A stretch of DNA of 62,119 nucleotides, the filler included, from Sphacelaria rigidula (taxonomy: Eukaryota): the NCBI GenBank assembly GCA_964200075.2. It is 5 parts of 5 records of this genome, joined end to end, with 100 filler letters (N's around TTAATTAATTAA, not from the genome) between each part and the next. Parts side by side here need not be neighbours in the genome. Positions count along the whole stretch, not along the records: positions 37,336 to 49,679 come from CAXNAA020003873.1; positions 49,780 to 62,119 come from CAXNAA020003874.1; 3 more parts are not named here. One strand, written 5' to 3'. The position numbers were made by a program, and so were the translations under genes. The notes under the pieces were generated by a model, which was not told where the DNA came from, did not search any database, and saw nothing but the letters and a program-made list of their open reading frames with translations. Shown in pieces: positions 39,191 to 51,560 of this stretch. The stretch's first letter is position 1, and every line of letters starts with the position of its first letter.

Positions 39191-42100
39191 TCAAGGATGC
39201 ACTGGCAAGTTCAGGGACCGAACAACGGCCACATCCCTTGCCAAAGTGTCTGCCTGTCTACGCTCAGCGGGACTAGGACTGATTCTTGTTGACCCTGCGG
39301 TGGTCGATTTTCGTTTCACGATGCTATAATGGTGGCATCTGCAGCCGCTGCAATGACGACCCGAGGTAGACGACGGTAAGCGTCCAACAGAAGCGGACCG
39401 TCGCGCCAAAGATCCGCTGCCTCCCGAGCTATGTCGAGAACTATCCCAATCGGCGTGTGGAGCTGTTTCACCGCCGGCGACAGAAACAGTTTGACCATCA
39501 CGAAGGGACGACGTGGGCCTCGTCAGGCCCTTTAACCTACTTGTCGCACAAAAATTTGTATCATTTGTCCCTTCCCTCCCGGATTCTGCGTTCGATGTCT
39601 GGATAAGCGTAGGGGCACTCCTAGACCCCGACAGCAAGCGACTGAACACCTTGGGCGGGGCAATACCGGGAACAACTGCTGCCGCCCCTCCTCCTCTTGC
39701 CCTCTGCACTTGAAGGGTACCATTGCCCAGTCCAGCAGGCACAACTCGAAACACTGTTGTGGTGTCGAGCTGTATTTTGAGTACGTGGGCATCGTGAAAA
39801 TATGAAGTGCCGACATATTTTTCAGGAATCACTGCTGCGGAAGTGTATGTAGTAATGCTGATTGGGTTTTTTGCCGGAAACAGGTGTACTTTATCGCGAA
39901 AACGCACACCTGGAGCCGTATTTCCCATCGGTACCCAGTGCATGAGGTACTGGACACGCGTAGTAAATGCAATCCATGGTGCCAAATCCATTCAGTCATT
40001 TTCTGCAAGAACCTCTTCTTTCAAGGATATATGATGCGGCGTTAACCGCGACCTGGCACCGGGCTTCCGGACGTCCCGACTTGAAAACATTAGTGATGAA
40101 GACGTACACGTGCAGGTCCCAAGACTCAACAATACACTGCACTTGGAACCTCGGGACAAACTCCCACGACTTATGCTCCACCCAACGAGACTCTCGAACA
40201 TCGTACATTCATGTGGTGATTTATCGGGGACCACATGCTCTGCAGAAGACTCACCATTCCTACGGACGAAGATGGCGCTCGTGAACCTTTTACCGCGCCA
40301 GAAGGGTCAGACTCTTCTCGTAAGATGCTTGTGGATGGGCCACCATGAGCGGTCATCTTCCGGGGTGTAAAACGCCCCGGGCGACTCTTCTCGACGAGAC
40401 CCTCGATCGCGCACGCTTTGGCAGGGTCGTAGATTGACTTCGAAAACATATCCTCCGCTCCAGCGGAAGCGAGATCCGCTCCTCCGATGCCGAGCAGGGT
40501 AGATTTTTTCGACTTGTTGAGACCCTCACGTTGCAGGAGGTCTTGACGCGCATCGTGATTGTTGCCACTGTCGATATGAAGCACGATTACAATGCGAACA
40601 ATAGTGATGAGATATGTGCGATGCTGTGAAATACCAGGGGAACGTCATTGGAACGTCATTGAAGTATTGGTTGCGGTCTCTTGTTTGCACATATCCACGA
40701 GTATAGAGAGCTAAACGCAAGGACGTCATGAGTCGGGGGTATGCTGTACAGGAAGATACCGAACCGGAGCAGGGCCGGGTGTATTTACGTGAAGTCTGCA
40801 CTACCTTGCTTTGCGGACTGTTTGGTCTCAATTAGCGCTTGTCCAGCGTCAGATTTCGTTACTATCGGACAGAACGTTCATGAGACAAAGTATCGAACTT
40901 CCGTCCCCTGCATGTGTCGAGCGAGCTCAGTGGTTCAGTGCAAGCGATACACACGTATTCCTGCTGTTCCCAACTCAAAGGTCAAATGCTGACAGGACAA
41001 CGCCGTCTCACCTCCACGCTGGCGCATGGAACTTGTATTCGGAATCACGCAAAAGAAGGTACTCCGATCGCTCGGCTACGTCCGATAATCCACCGGCTTC
41101 TCTCTGCATGATGTTACCAATTTCATGAAACAACACGTAAAAAAGGCAGGGATGCAAGAGCTTGATCCCAAATATTCGCAGAGATAAATGCCGTTATTGT
41201 TTGATCCTGCCATTTGCACCGCCCAACGCATATGTTGCACTCAATAGGGTAGTGCCGCACACATGATGAAAGTGCATGATGTGGGTCACGGAGGACTTGA
41301 GCTACGCCACTCAAATGCGTGGGTGGCAGCAGCCATCCACCTGCTCGTGCGAATAAAGTGGGTTTACTACAGAACAATCATTCCTGTCTTACACAGGTCG
41401 TTACAGAAACCTCACCGTTCTCGGAGGTATGTGGAACGGTGTCGTACACCGGTGGTTCCCAGCGTCAAACTTGCCCGTGATGAGATTGAAACCGTTGCGC
41501 TTATCGAGGGCGGTCAGTCTTTGCCGGCGGCGGCCGAGACGTACGGCACTAAGCTTCTCTTTGTACAGTTGTCTTTCGAGCCTTGCCGCGTCTTGCCGGA
41601 TGCTTGACTGCATGCGCCGTTGAAACCCGTTGTGGAATCGTGTTGCAGATAAACCCTTTTCGAACTGCTGCGCGGCCTATTATAGGATTTGTCCATGTAC
41701 CAGAGGTTGGTATGACGTGAACGGCTTGTGTTCACAGTACAATTCATCGCATTTGGGGGCTTTGTTCATTGGTGTCGTATTGCCTGAACACGCGGCTAAT
41801 CGGCTCCTCCTTGAAATCCCACTATCGCATATTTTTGTTCCCCTCTAGAAGGAAAAATGATCCTCTGGAAGATAAAATAACCTCCACAGGGTCATAATGC
41901 CTCTGAAGTGGACAGTCTGGAGCACGTGATTTCACTGAGGGTGCCTCTGTGGAAAATTGGGCAGTATTTCTCTGATGTCGCAAAAGTGCTCGGAGTCCGG
42001 CGCTCTAAGGAGCAAATGTGAAAAAGGGAGGCCAAATGATCTAGATCATGATCCGGATCAGCATCCTGAAAAGAAGTAATTTTCAGACGGATCATGATCT

Positions 42101-43278
42101 GTCCGACGTGTGCGCACTTTCGTAACGGTGACGCACCGCACCGGAGAAGTGCTCTGCTGGGGTCCGGAGGTCGTACCCGCCCAACACTTAGCCAGCGTGC
42201 TAAGCTATGTCACAGAAACACCGTAGTATGGCCGGGCACACAGAAATCTCCTCACCACACGTGGAAGGATTGAAGTGCGATATTCACGCGATTCACGGTC
42301 ACTTGGAGCGGGTCCGAAAAACATGCTTTGGGCAAAATAGTGCTGCGTGGAAGCTACAAACAATCAACCATATGTCGCTCAAAAACAGCACCTTGAAATC
42401 AACACTTTTCCATTGTCAGTACCAAAAGGGTTCAGTCGCTTTCACTCTATTGCAAGCTGTGTCTCCCCAACATTTTTACGTCCCTTTTGTCCCGACTCAA
42501 CCTTAAGTTACGTTTTGTTGCTATCCGGAGTACGGGCTGTTCGTCGGAGCGTGTATAATTCTGGAGCGTGCCTGCTGGTTTGCTAGATTGCTTCATCATA
42601 TGGCCGTATGTATATACTGACAGCCAGTAAACGGGATTTATACAGCAGGGGCTGCTCGAAATAAATGCTCGTTTTGCCAATTCGATTAATTGTGGGGATT
42701 CAAAAACGGACGGACTGCAGGGAGACGTTTAGAAAATCCACTAGAGGATTTTCGAGGGTAGCTAACTGGCCGCGTGTGATGCGGTGTATTTATCGTTCGA
42801 GCTGGTGCATAATATAACATCATCCACCATTCGTCTGATGGCGCGCACTTCAAGTGCAACGATTGCACTTCCTCCCTCGGTCGAACTAATACTTGCAACC
42901 TACCCGTCCTTGCGGAAGGTGCTTGTCGTGTGTGGGCGAGGTCGACCTCATTTGAGTTCTCGCTCTGTTCTCGACAGTGTGGTATAGGGGTCGGGTACAA
43001 GTTCGGGAGATAGGACACGATGAGCGAACCAAGTCTATGAAAGGCAAGAGTGAATTTAAACTTGATTCCTATCTATAGTAGGCCATCTTTGACACGAACT
43101 ATGTGGAGTTCCATACCGGTCGGATGCGCACTGGCCCCGTTTGGAGAGTATCCGACCCGTCATTGTGCCGCGTGTACTCCCAAGCGACGAACTCGTGCTT
43201 GCGGGGGTAGTCCGTCTTTTTTCGAGATGGTGCCTCCACTTGCTGGTGAAAAATCTGATTAAACGAGGGTGGCGACAT
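39191..43278 (-). CDS. Hypothetical spliced protein. Approximate exons: 43278-43117, ~42965-42904, ~41675-41416, ~40570-40256, ~39720-39191
   Basis: Coding-like minus-strand segments bounded by GT/AG (…VRIRP|gtatgg, …SART|gtaggt, …IPPRT|gtgagg). Includes RQDAARLERQLYKEK...RNGFNLITG and RQDLLQREGL...GAEDMFSKSIY. Exon joins not fully resolved. Confidence 0.55.
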
Positions 43279-44033
43279 TTACAGATGCATGACTACAGCT
43301 GGAGGCCGGTTCTGCAGGAATATGTTCCAAGCGTGGAAGATGCCCGGTGCAGTTCGGGGTCCGGGCAGGCGGGAATCAGCGGAGCGCAATCGAGCTCGTC
43401 AGGGTGCACGACCTGCATGACAAAGTACGCCTCATGGAAATCTCGCCGCCTATTTTAGAACCCGATATTGAACCCAATCATTGCCCATCTGCTACCACGA
43501 TCGAGACTACCACACCCTGCCATAGTACTCCGGTGTTTCTGTACAGCCGTGGAACCGACTCACTACTTCCACTGTTGGGTGGTGTCCATGACTTCGACCC
43601 TCGCTAACCGCACCCGACACGCCGCAGGCCCATGATACCGAAAGTATCGTTCATTGCGCATACTTTGCGCCAACACGTTGCTTGCTCGGCACACCTCACC
43701 CTTTCCCAGAAGCTTTCTTCTGCATCTGGCCTGATTGCATCCGACGCATCCATACCTACGTTTGTACCTGTAGTGCCTCTCGCACCAAATTTCGCACGGG
43801 CGGCGAGCCCTGTACCACCTCAAACGAAACAATGAGCTCTACTGTACTGCCCCTCTCCACCTGAGGAAACATGGTTGGAAACGGTTACATTTTGAGTGGG
43901 TACCCCTTTTTTCTTGGGGGGGGGGGGGGGAGTGGCGGGGCGGGACTCCATGAGATACCAACTGCCATTTTTAACCATTACTGTACCGCCAAAAGAAGGA
44001 CGCAACGGAAACCTAGGCCGGTCGAAGAAAAGG
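43279..44033. promoter_or_regulatory. Putative bidirectional promoter region
   Basis: ~750 bp between two divergently oriented predicted start codons. Confidence 0.35.
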
Positions 44034-47000
44034 ATGGAGCCACTCACGCTAAAGGACTTGGAGGCTATGAATTACAGAGATCTTCAGGTTCTTGCCAAGA
44101 ACCGAAGCTTGAAAGCCACAGGCAAGAGAGCTGACCTGGAACAACGGCTTCTCGCGACTGCCGACAGCCAGGTGCGTTCTCGTTATTGCCTGTATCCAGT
44201 AGTACGGTCCAGAAACCCCACTGTGAAGACAATACATACTGACTGTATATTACCTTACTATTATGTTTATACTCAAAAGTACAACTGTCCCAGGTCGGTT
44301 CTGTTGTCTGAGGTCCGAACAAGTACAGACTAATCAATACCGCAGTGCATCACAAACCCGAAACTCAGATGCACTCCCACTATATGAACCCATGCAAGCG
44401 GTTTCAGCCGCTAAATCGTTCGATACCCGCGCTGACGAGTGCGGAGACCTTATGCCTTACCATCTCCAGAGAAATCCCTTTTCGGTACTCGTACTGTTCA
44501 GCAGTACCTGGAGACAATTTCGACAGTCGGTGCAGTTTGTCTCGGTGCAACCTGTATCTCAGGTCGAGCCTGGGTCTACTTTCTAACCTCTATCACTAGG
44601 TCCACCAACCTGAGCAAGTGGGCATGTTTGCTCCCATACAGCACAGATTGTGCGAACATAATCCTCGGTAGTACGCAGGCAGGGTGGAGTGAAACGTAGA
44701 GAGGAGACCACTAAATTATTACAGCTCATTGTCTTGATTGTTACCGAGAATTTCCGCATATCCGGATCTTCATCCAGACCTTCACTTGATTATACAAGTA
44801 CAGCATTCTTCGTGGACTTGAGTTCCTCCGCGTAGAGTCACGTTCTGCAGTCCGCACGACCGCTTGCTTGCCAATGCATGCCATCCCACGGCAGTGCTTC
44901 GCGTACTGTAGTCGGGAGAGTGCCGTGCCTACCGACCGCACTGTATCTCATTAGTGCAGCCAATTAGAGTGACTCCCCGTTGCCCAAAGGTCCACGGCTC
45001 GCCTTCGTTGAGGTATGTGTCAACGGAGCTACCCGGCATGCACCAAAACGCTGGCGTCCGATGCTTTTATTATCTGCCATTTCGGGCACGAAATGTCGAA
45101 CCACACCATACACCGTCGTCACCCCGCCTCGTGCCGCCTATCCCGCTACTCCTCACGGTTTGTGCCGGCAGGCTGGTGAAGAAGATCAGAACGAGAACAC
45201 GAACGAGAGGTCTCCCGTAGCCCCGAAGACACCAAAACGCTGTAAGCCTCCCACCACACCCGCCGCGTCGCTCGTGAAAGCGTTCGGTAGCCTGTCCCTG
45301 AACACACCGAGGGCAACACAGACACGCTACCACACACGCAGTAGCGCCAGGAAAGCCAACAAACTCGTCGACAGCGTAGTGGTTTCGACGCTCCGGGACT
45401 CCAGTAACAATCATCAAGATTCAGGAGTCCAGATAACGACGGCGGCAGCCGGGGCGGAGCCACCGGGTAGTCATATTCCCGCACCGCCGCTGGCTGAAAC
45501 TGATGATGGTGAACTGGTCGCCGCTCGCCTTGGCGATACTACTAGTGAAGCGGCGACCCCGACGGTAAGAAATTTGGACGTTTCAGTGTCCCCGCCGCGC
45601 TCCCCCAATGTGTACCCCCTTGAACCGGACACTGCAATTAGGCCAGTGCAGAAGCCATCGCTGCTAGAGCTTCCGGCGGACAAAGAAGGAGCAAGCCAAG
45701 CAAAGCAGTTGTTTTCATCATCTCCAACGACGATTGCCAACGCCGCGGTACAAGAAACCCCGTCGTCGTTAGAAGCAGCTGTTGAGGGTCAAAATGATCC
45801 GGCCAACGACGAAGCAGCTGGGGAGGGAGAAGGATATAAAGAGGAATTGGAGGTGAAGAGTCGTGGATTACCGGAATGCGCAAAAGATTCCGCGCCAAGA
45901 CCTAGCGTCGCCGTCACTGCTGGTGGCGGCAGCGACAGCGCCGCTCGAGATGCTGCAACGGCTGATGTTGATGTTGCTGGGGCAAATGTCATCGCTGGTG
46001 TCGCCTCCGCTACGGCCGCGGTGACGCCGTCGCACCTCATAGCAGCCAAGGATGGGGCGAAGTCCGCTTGTGTGAAGCTCTTCACAGACAATCCTGAGCA
46101 AGACGAAGCCGAACAAGTTGAAGGGCGGGGGACGCAGAGTCACAGAAATGGGAACGCAGCAGTGGGCGGAATGGGCAGCCACGAGGGAATGGACGGGGAT
46201 GACACAGTGATACACATTGAGGGTGATGAAACTACAGGGAGATCAGCTTCTTCTGCTGAGTGTGAAGAAGACCCCGTAACATTTAATGTGAGGCACCGGG
46301 GAACGGGCGCCCTTGCTCAAAATTACGCGCGAGCCGCACCATCATCCCCTTCAGTAACGAGTGACAGCACTAGTTTTGGTGAATACGAACGAGTACCTGA
46401 GCTCCGACGAGAGCGAAACTCGCGTGATGTGTAATATCACCGACTAGCAATTGGCTGTGGACTGTACGGAGGCTCACAAGCACATCGGCAGTGTCCGGGT
46501 GCAGCGAAACCTTGGTACATCTGGTAGGGTCTGTCTTTCCCTGCTCCATATGCTTTCCTTGCTACCTTTTGCGCCTTAACAGTCACTCAGTCCCGGAGTT
46601 CCGCTCCTTGGTTTTCCCTCAGTAGCCTGTGTCATGGTGGCAATTACTGGCTACTTCTAACCGGCTCCGCGCCACTGCCTGGTCTGCTATTTTTCCTCTT
46701 AATGACACTCGCGATTTCAGCAGCACGTACAACCGGGATCGCCGGTGATCGAGGAGAGGGGAATGTCATGTCCCCAGGGTGGGGGGGCATCCGCCGAGGG
46801 CTGCTCCAACAAACGGCTCCCTCAAGCATCTGGGATTGGAATGGATACGAGAAACTTGGTGGCCGGGAGCGATGTTCTGGAGTTCACCGAGGATGAAAAG
46901 CGGGTGCTGTGCACCGTCACGGGTCAGGAGATCGTCCCAGACTGCTTCGAGATCCTCAAGTATCTTGGCAGCAAAAGAGTACAGCGGCTGCTGAAGGAGG

Positions 47001-47512
47001 GTCCCTTCAATATCGAGGTGCGTCCCTCCACACGGTTACATCGTTTTCTGATATTGTATATTCAGTACGAAATTGCTAAACGAACGTTTCAGCATCCATC
47101 GAATGCCTGCAAGCCGTGCTTTCATTATTTATCTCGTGTTTCGTGTTTCGTGTTTTGTCCTTTCTTTTCTTTTCGTGCGGTGGCTGTTTTGTGGCTCGTC
47201 TTACCTTCATGTCCTAGTGCATCAGGATTCAGAGTGGAACCCTTGGTTTCGGGCCTTGTGCGGAACATGCAAACAGGCTCGAACTATGATGTAACCCAAG
47301 CTGAGCCATTACATCTCTCTTGCATCACGTTATGATGCCCTCCAGGAGTTTGCAGACCGCTTTATCGTGGAAGACCCGGTAGACAGCAACCTGGTACACT
47401 GCGAGCTGACAGGCGTGACTCTGAACAAGAACAGGGCTCAAGTAATGAAACACGTGAACGGTCAGCAGTATAAACTTGCCCTGCAAACGATCAACGCGGA
47501 TAACGACTCAAG
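44034..47512 (+). CDS. SAP-domain + low-complexity + SURF2-like protein. Exons: 44034-44171, 45172-~46290/46380, ~46721-47017, 47346-47512; last exon possibly from 48222
   Basis: Exon 1 LEAMNYRDLQVLAKNRSLKATGKRADLEQRL fits the SAP pattern. Exons 3-4 VLCTVTGQEI...YLGSKRV...FNIE|EFADRFIV...LVHCELTGVTLNK...VMKHVNGQQY fit the SURF2 two-repeat pattern (CxLTGHE..., CKLT..INK..HV.GKRY). GT-AG sites are phase-consistent except for the uncertain exon 2 donor. Confidence 0.78.
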
Positions 47513-48899
47513 GTGTGTGAGGCGTCAACATAGAGAAACAAGAATAGCACAACTCGGTTGACTTCTGATTATGTAACTTTGGCATTGGGTATGTCACTGA
47601 CTATTCCGTCCATTGCATACGGCAAGAAGGTGCTAGGCTGCGTTACCGCAGATGTTCGCAACTTCCACTTGTGCCTGTGGACGAGTTGCCTCATCCACAA
47701 CAACATATGGCGCACCTATCTACAATATTTATCAGTTCCATTTGCACGGGTGTTGCTTTTGAGCACCTTTATCTTGCCTTGCGAGCGGAGCTGAAGGATA
47801 AAGCACGTTGGGGGTGAGTTTTGATGACGTAAATGCGCGTGATGTGGATTCAACATGAGATGCTTCTGTCTTTTCCGTTCTTCTTGCCTAAGGAATACAC
47901 GAGACAACATATGTGAAGTCAGCTGGCGGCTCACGTTTTCGCTGTGCGCCAACCGATTTATGTGGACCGCATTCGTGAAATCCACGTACAATAGGGTAAC
48001 CGAGCCTGCGATCAACGTCCTCCCGTTTGTTATGCCGATTTTTTCTCTCCATTGCGCTGTTATTGGCAGGTAAACGCATCGCCACAATCATCAATGGTGA
48101 CCAGCAACACCTGCAACAGATACTCAAACATTTGAAAGTATCATAAGATACACGGGTTCAACGACAAGACAACATCTCTCTCTCTCGCGCACGCCCGCTC
48201 CACCTCTGCGACATCTTGTAGATGCGCGGTCCAGCGGCGATGTCATGACCTCTTTTGCCCAGGAACGCTTTCGGTCGACCTATTTTTTTCTGTACATTCG
48301 GAGGCGACCGAGTCGACCAGTTGGACGAGGGTTGTGATTCGAACGGACTAAGCGATGATCTGCGTGGGGACTTATCGATAAGTTAGAGTCGAGATTATTT
48401 TGGTGTGCTTGATGATTGCAGGGGTTCACTGAAAGATCATGGGTTGGCAGCTATTGTTGAGGCCAACGAGTGACGAATACCGCACAAGACCCGTTGCGCT
48501 CAACGAAGTCTTGTTCTGTAGTGCACCCATATCATGTATGGGCTCGGAGCACAGTGGTGGGATCCCGCAAATTGTTTCTCAGGTTTGAATTGTTGGGAGC
48601 CCCTTGTCTCACACAAAACACGAGTTGTGAAATGCGTACGAGCTGGGCCAGCCTTGACACGGATTTAAGGTCTCAAGGCAGTATCTCGTCGACACGAAGT
48701 TCTCGTAAAAATGGTCGTTTCCACACTAGAACGCCCTAAACCAATGAAAAAACATGAAAAAAATCAACCTGATCCACTTCGTTTCGTCAATTATGCCCTA
48801 GCCTCACACTGAGTTTCAATGCAAAAAACACCAAACGTGGGTCGGTGAGTGGCCTGCAAAATACTGTTCCGAATTTATTCTGACCCCGTCACTAAACGT

Positions 48900-49103
48900 C
48901 CCATTCACCGGCCAATATTTAGAGTTGGACCCTCAAATTTGGTATGAACGATGATGGGGCATAATAATAACAAATACCAGTACATACAATATATATATTA
49001 TTCAATAAAATTCTGTTTGCACTGGTATTTGTTTTTATTATGCTCTATTTATTGTCCATACCAAATTTGAGGGTCCAACTCTAAATATTGGCCGATGAAT
49101 GGG
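48900..49103. mobile_element. Hairpin MITE (~200 bp)
   Basis: cccattcaccggccaatatttagagttggaccctcaaatttggtatg versus cataccaaatttgagggtccaactctaaatattggccgatgaatggg. Confidence 0.88.
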
Positions 49104-49679
49104 CCTGCAAACTACAAATTCGCTTCTTGGCTAACCCAGCTCGTGAGAGCACGTCACGATCAGCATCCCAAAGGGCTAGGGATAACTCGATATAAATTTA
49201 TAATGGGCATGTCCTGGCCCATACTCTTGTGCAGCTCCCAACCTTGGGAGCCCTTCGATCAGAAACACCCGAGTCCAAATGTGCAACCCATTCCATGGCA
49301 TGACTCACTACAAGGAAGAGTGTTTTCTCATTTGCGTCCACAACGCCACCACAAGATGTACGACATCCCACTGGCATAGCCGTGGCCGAATGCTTGTACA
49401 TTATAAGAGCAACGCTACGGTAGGGGTGCACTTTTTTCGCGGAATGTTGTCTGGTTCAGCGGCTCCCAACAATTCTAGAAGCACAACAATATGGGTCAGG
49501 GCATCCCCGTTTGCAGATTAATTCGGGATATTCCCAGCACATTGGAGAATAGTAATAACACTATTTTCGTGAGATTGAGAGATGATACGATTGAGAATGA
49601 AAAACGGCCAATCAGTGAATGAATCGTTTCAGTTCCGAAATGCACTTCCACAAGGCCCACCATGCTTTCTGCAATAGCT

Positions 49680-49779
49680 NNNNNNNNNNNNNNNNNNNNN
49701 NNNNNNNNNNNNNNNNNNNNNNNTTAATTAATTAANNNNNNNNNNNNNNNNNNNNNNNNNNNNNNNNNNNNNNNNNNNN
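49680..49779. other. Artificial contig linker
   Basis: Same N44-TTAATTAATTAA-N44 structure. Confidence 0.99.
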
Positions 49780-49832
49780 AACCGAAAGGTGTAAACTGGC
49801 GTCCAGAATTAATGGGATGACAACACACACAC

Positions 49833-50010
49833 AGTATTTGAGACCATACTCGACCTACTCAGAATTTGAGTAGAGTTTTTGACGCCGTACTCGACCTACT
49901 CAAAGTTTGAGTAGAGTATTTGAGGCCGTACTCGACCTGCTCAAAATTCGAGTAGAGTAAAAACTTGAGTATTATCCTCGGGTACTCTAAAGTATATACT
50001 CTACTCGACC
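49833..50010. repeat. Short tandem repeat (~41-bp unit)
   Basis: tactcgacct.ctc..a.tt.gagtagagt three times, plus a partial copy. Confidence 0.8.
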
Positions 50011-51560
50011 TGCCCTTGCAAGGATCCTCTCGGAAATTGCAACAAATCTTTCCGAGAAAGCACATGTCAGCGAGGCCGTATTCCGGCAAAATTAGCGCTG
50101 AAATGCTTTGAAGAGCACTCCTTAGTTAAAGAGACTAGTTTCGTACCACAAAAAGCGGCATGGTGGAGCAGAGTTCAGAAGGGTTGCAAATAAGAGGTGA
50201 GACGGTGTAGAGTTCAAATTTGAATTACTGTTGCCCATCAAAGTTGTTGACTATCAATATTAATAAGTGAATAATATCCAAAGCGACCATCCATGTGACG
50301 TGCACGTTGTGAAGTATTACGCTCTATATATTGCTCAAGGTTGACAAATTAAGCCAGGAAACAAGGGCCATGATCCGACATCTCGCCTACCTCGCCACAC
50401 CTGGGGTACCTTTGGCCACGTGCAAATTAGACGATCCAGAGCATTATCAGCTTGCAGAGTGTTGTAGAAAAGTACACACAGTACCCTATTTCACTTTATT
50501 ATCTTCGAGCCCGAGAGAAACAATATTTGTGTGGCGATAACGCAACTAATGGCTAACTTCGTGTTTAATGCTACACTGTGTATCCTCAAGTGTGCAAGAC
50601 CATCATCGGTGCTACTCCTGCTTGCTGCAGCGGACCACCATCTGCTTCACACCCGAGTCCGCCCCATGTTGATGCCAAGTGATTCCAAGCCAAGGAGTAC
50701 ATTTTCATCCGCAGCGGGCGGCATGGCACGAATGTAGTGCAGGAGTCTGCGGTTATGGATTGAAGAGGTGTGTACTATGTGTTTGTGTGTGTGTCAGTGG
50801 CTGGATGGGTGTCGATGTGTGAATGTGTGTGGTGGAACTACGTTACAGCAGGTGGGCATCGTGGTGAGTGCGATCTCACGTTGTTAATGGCTACGCTTGC
50901 AACGAATGCGCCTGTTGCAAGTCCGACCCGTGTTGGATCATCACAACACGACGATAAAATGACCGCATACGTTTCCGTATCACGAACAAAATGCAAGCAC
51001 GAGCTCGACACTCCATCTTGTGAGTCGGAGCAAAGGGACCGCACGGAGCCCTACTGCGAGTCAGACCTCAGTCGTACTTAACAGTAGTTTAGTGTTTCAC
51101 AGCAAACAACGCCAAAAGCAGAGTCCATCTCAGATGTAACCCATGTCAACACCATCACCACAGAAGCCCAAACCGAAAATGAAAATGTCTCATATCGAAC
51201 ACTCCCTCGTCAAAATTGTGTAAAATTGTGTAAAATTCGTGCAAGTGATGACCCAATACCATGCTACATGCAATTTGTTCATACTCGATGAACTCATTAT
51301 AGGAGACCGACTTTATTATAGGAGATTGACTTCACGAATAAATCCCGCAACACCACTGACACGAAGGCTGACACGATTGAATGAAGGCTGCAACGTCTTG
51401 AACTGCACACATCAATTATGACCACGCGCCGACAGCCAGCATCGAGGAGAGCTCAACATCGATCACCACCGACTGCATGACAACTATCGTACAGCTGAGG
51501 TGCCGACAACCGTCATCGGGAACAAGGTATATCATGATGCAAAACGAACGTCAAGCATCA

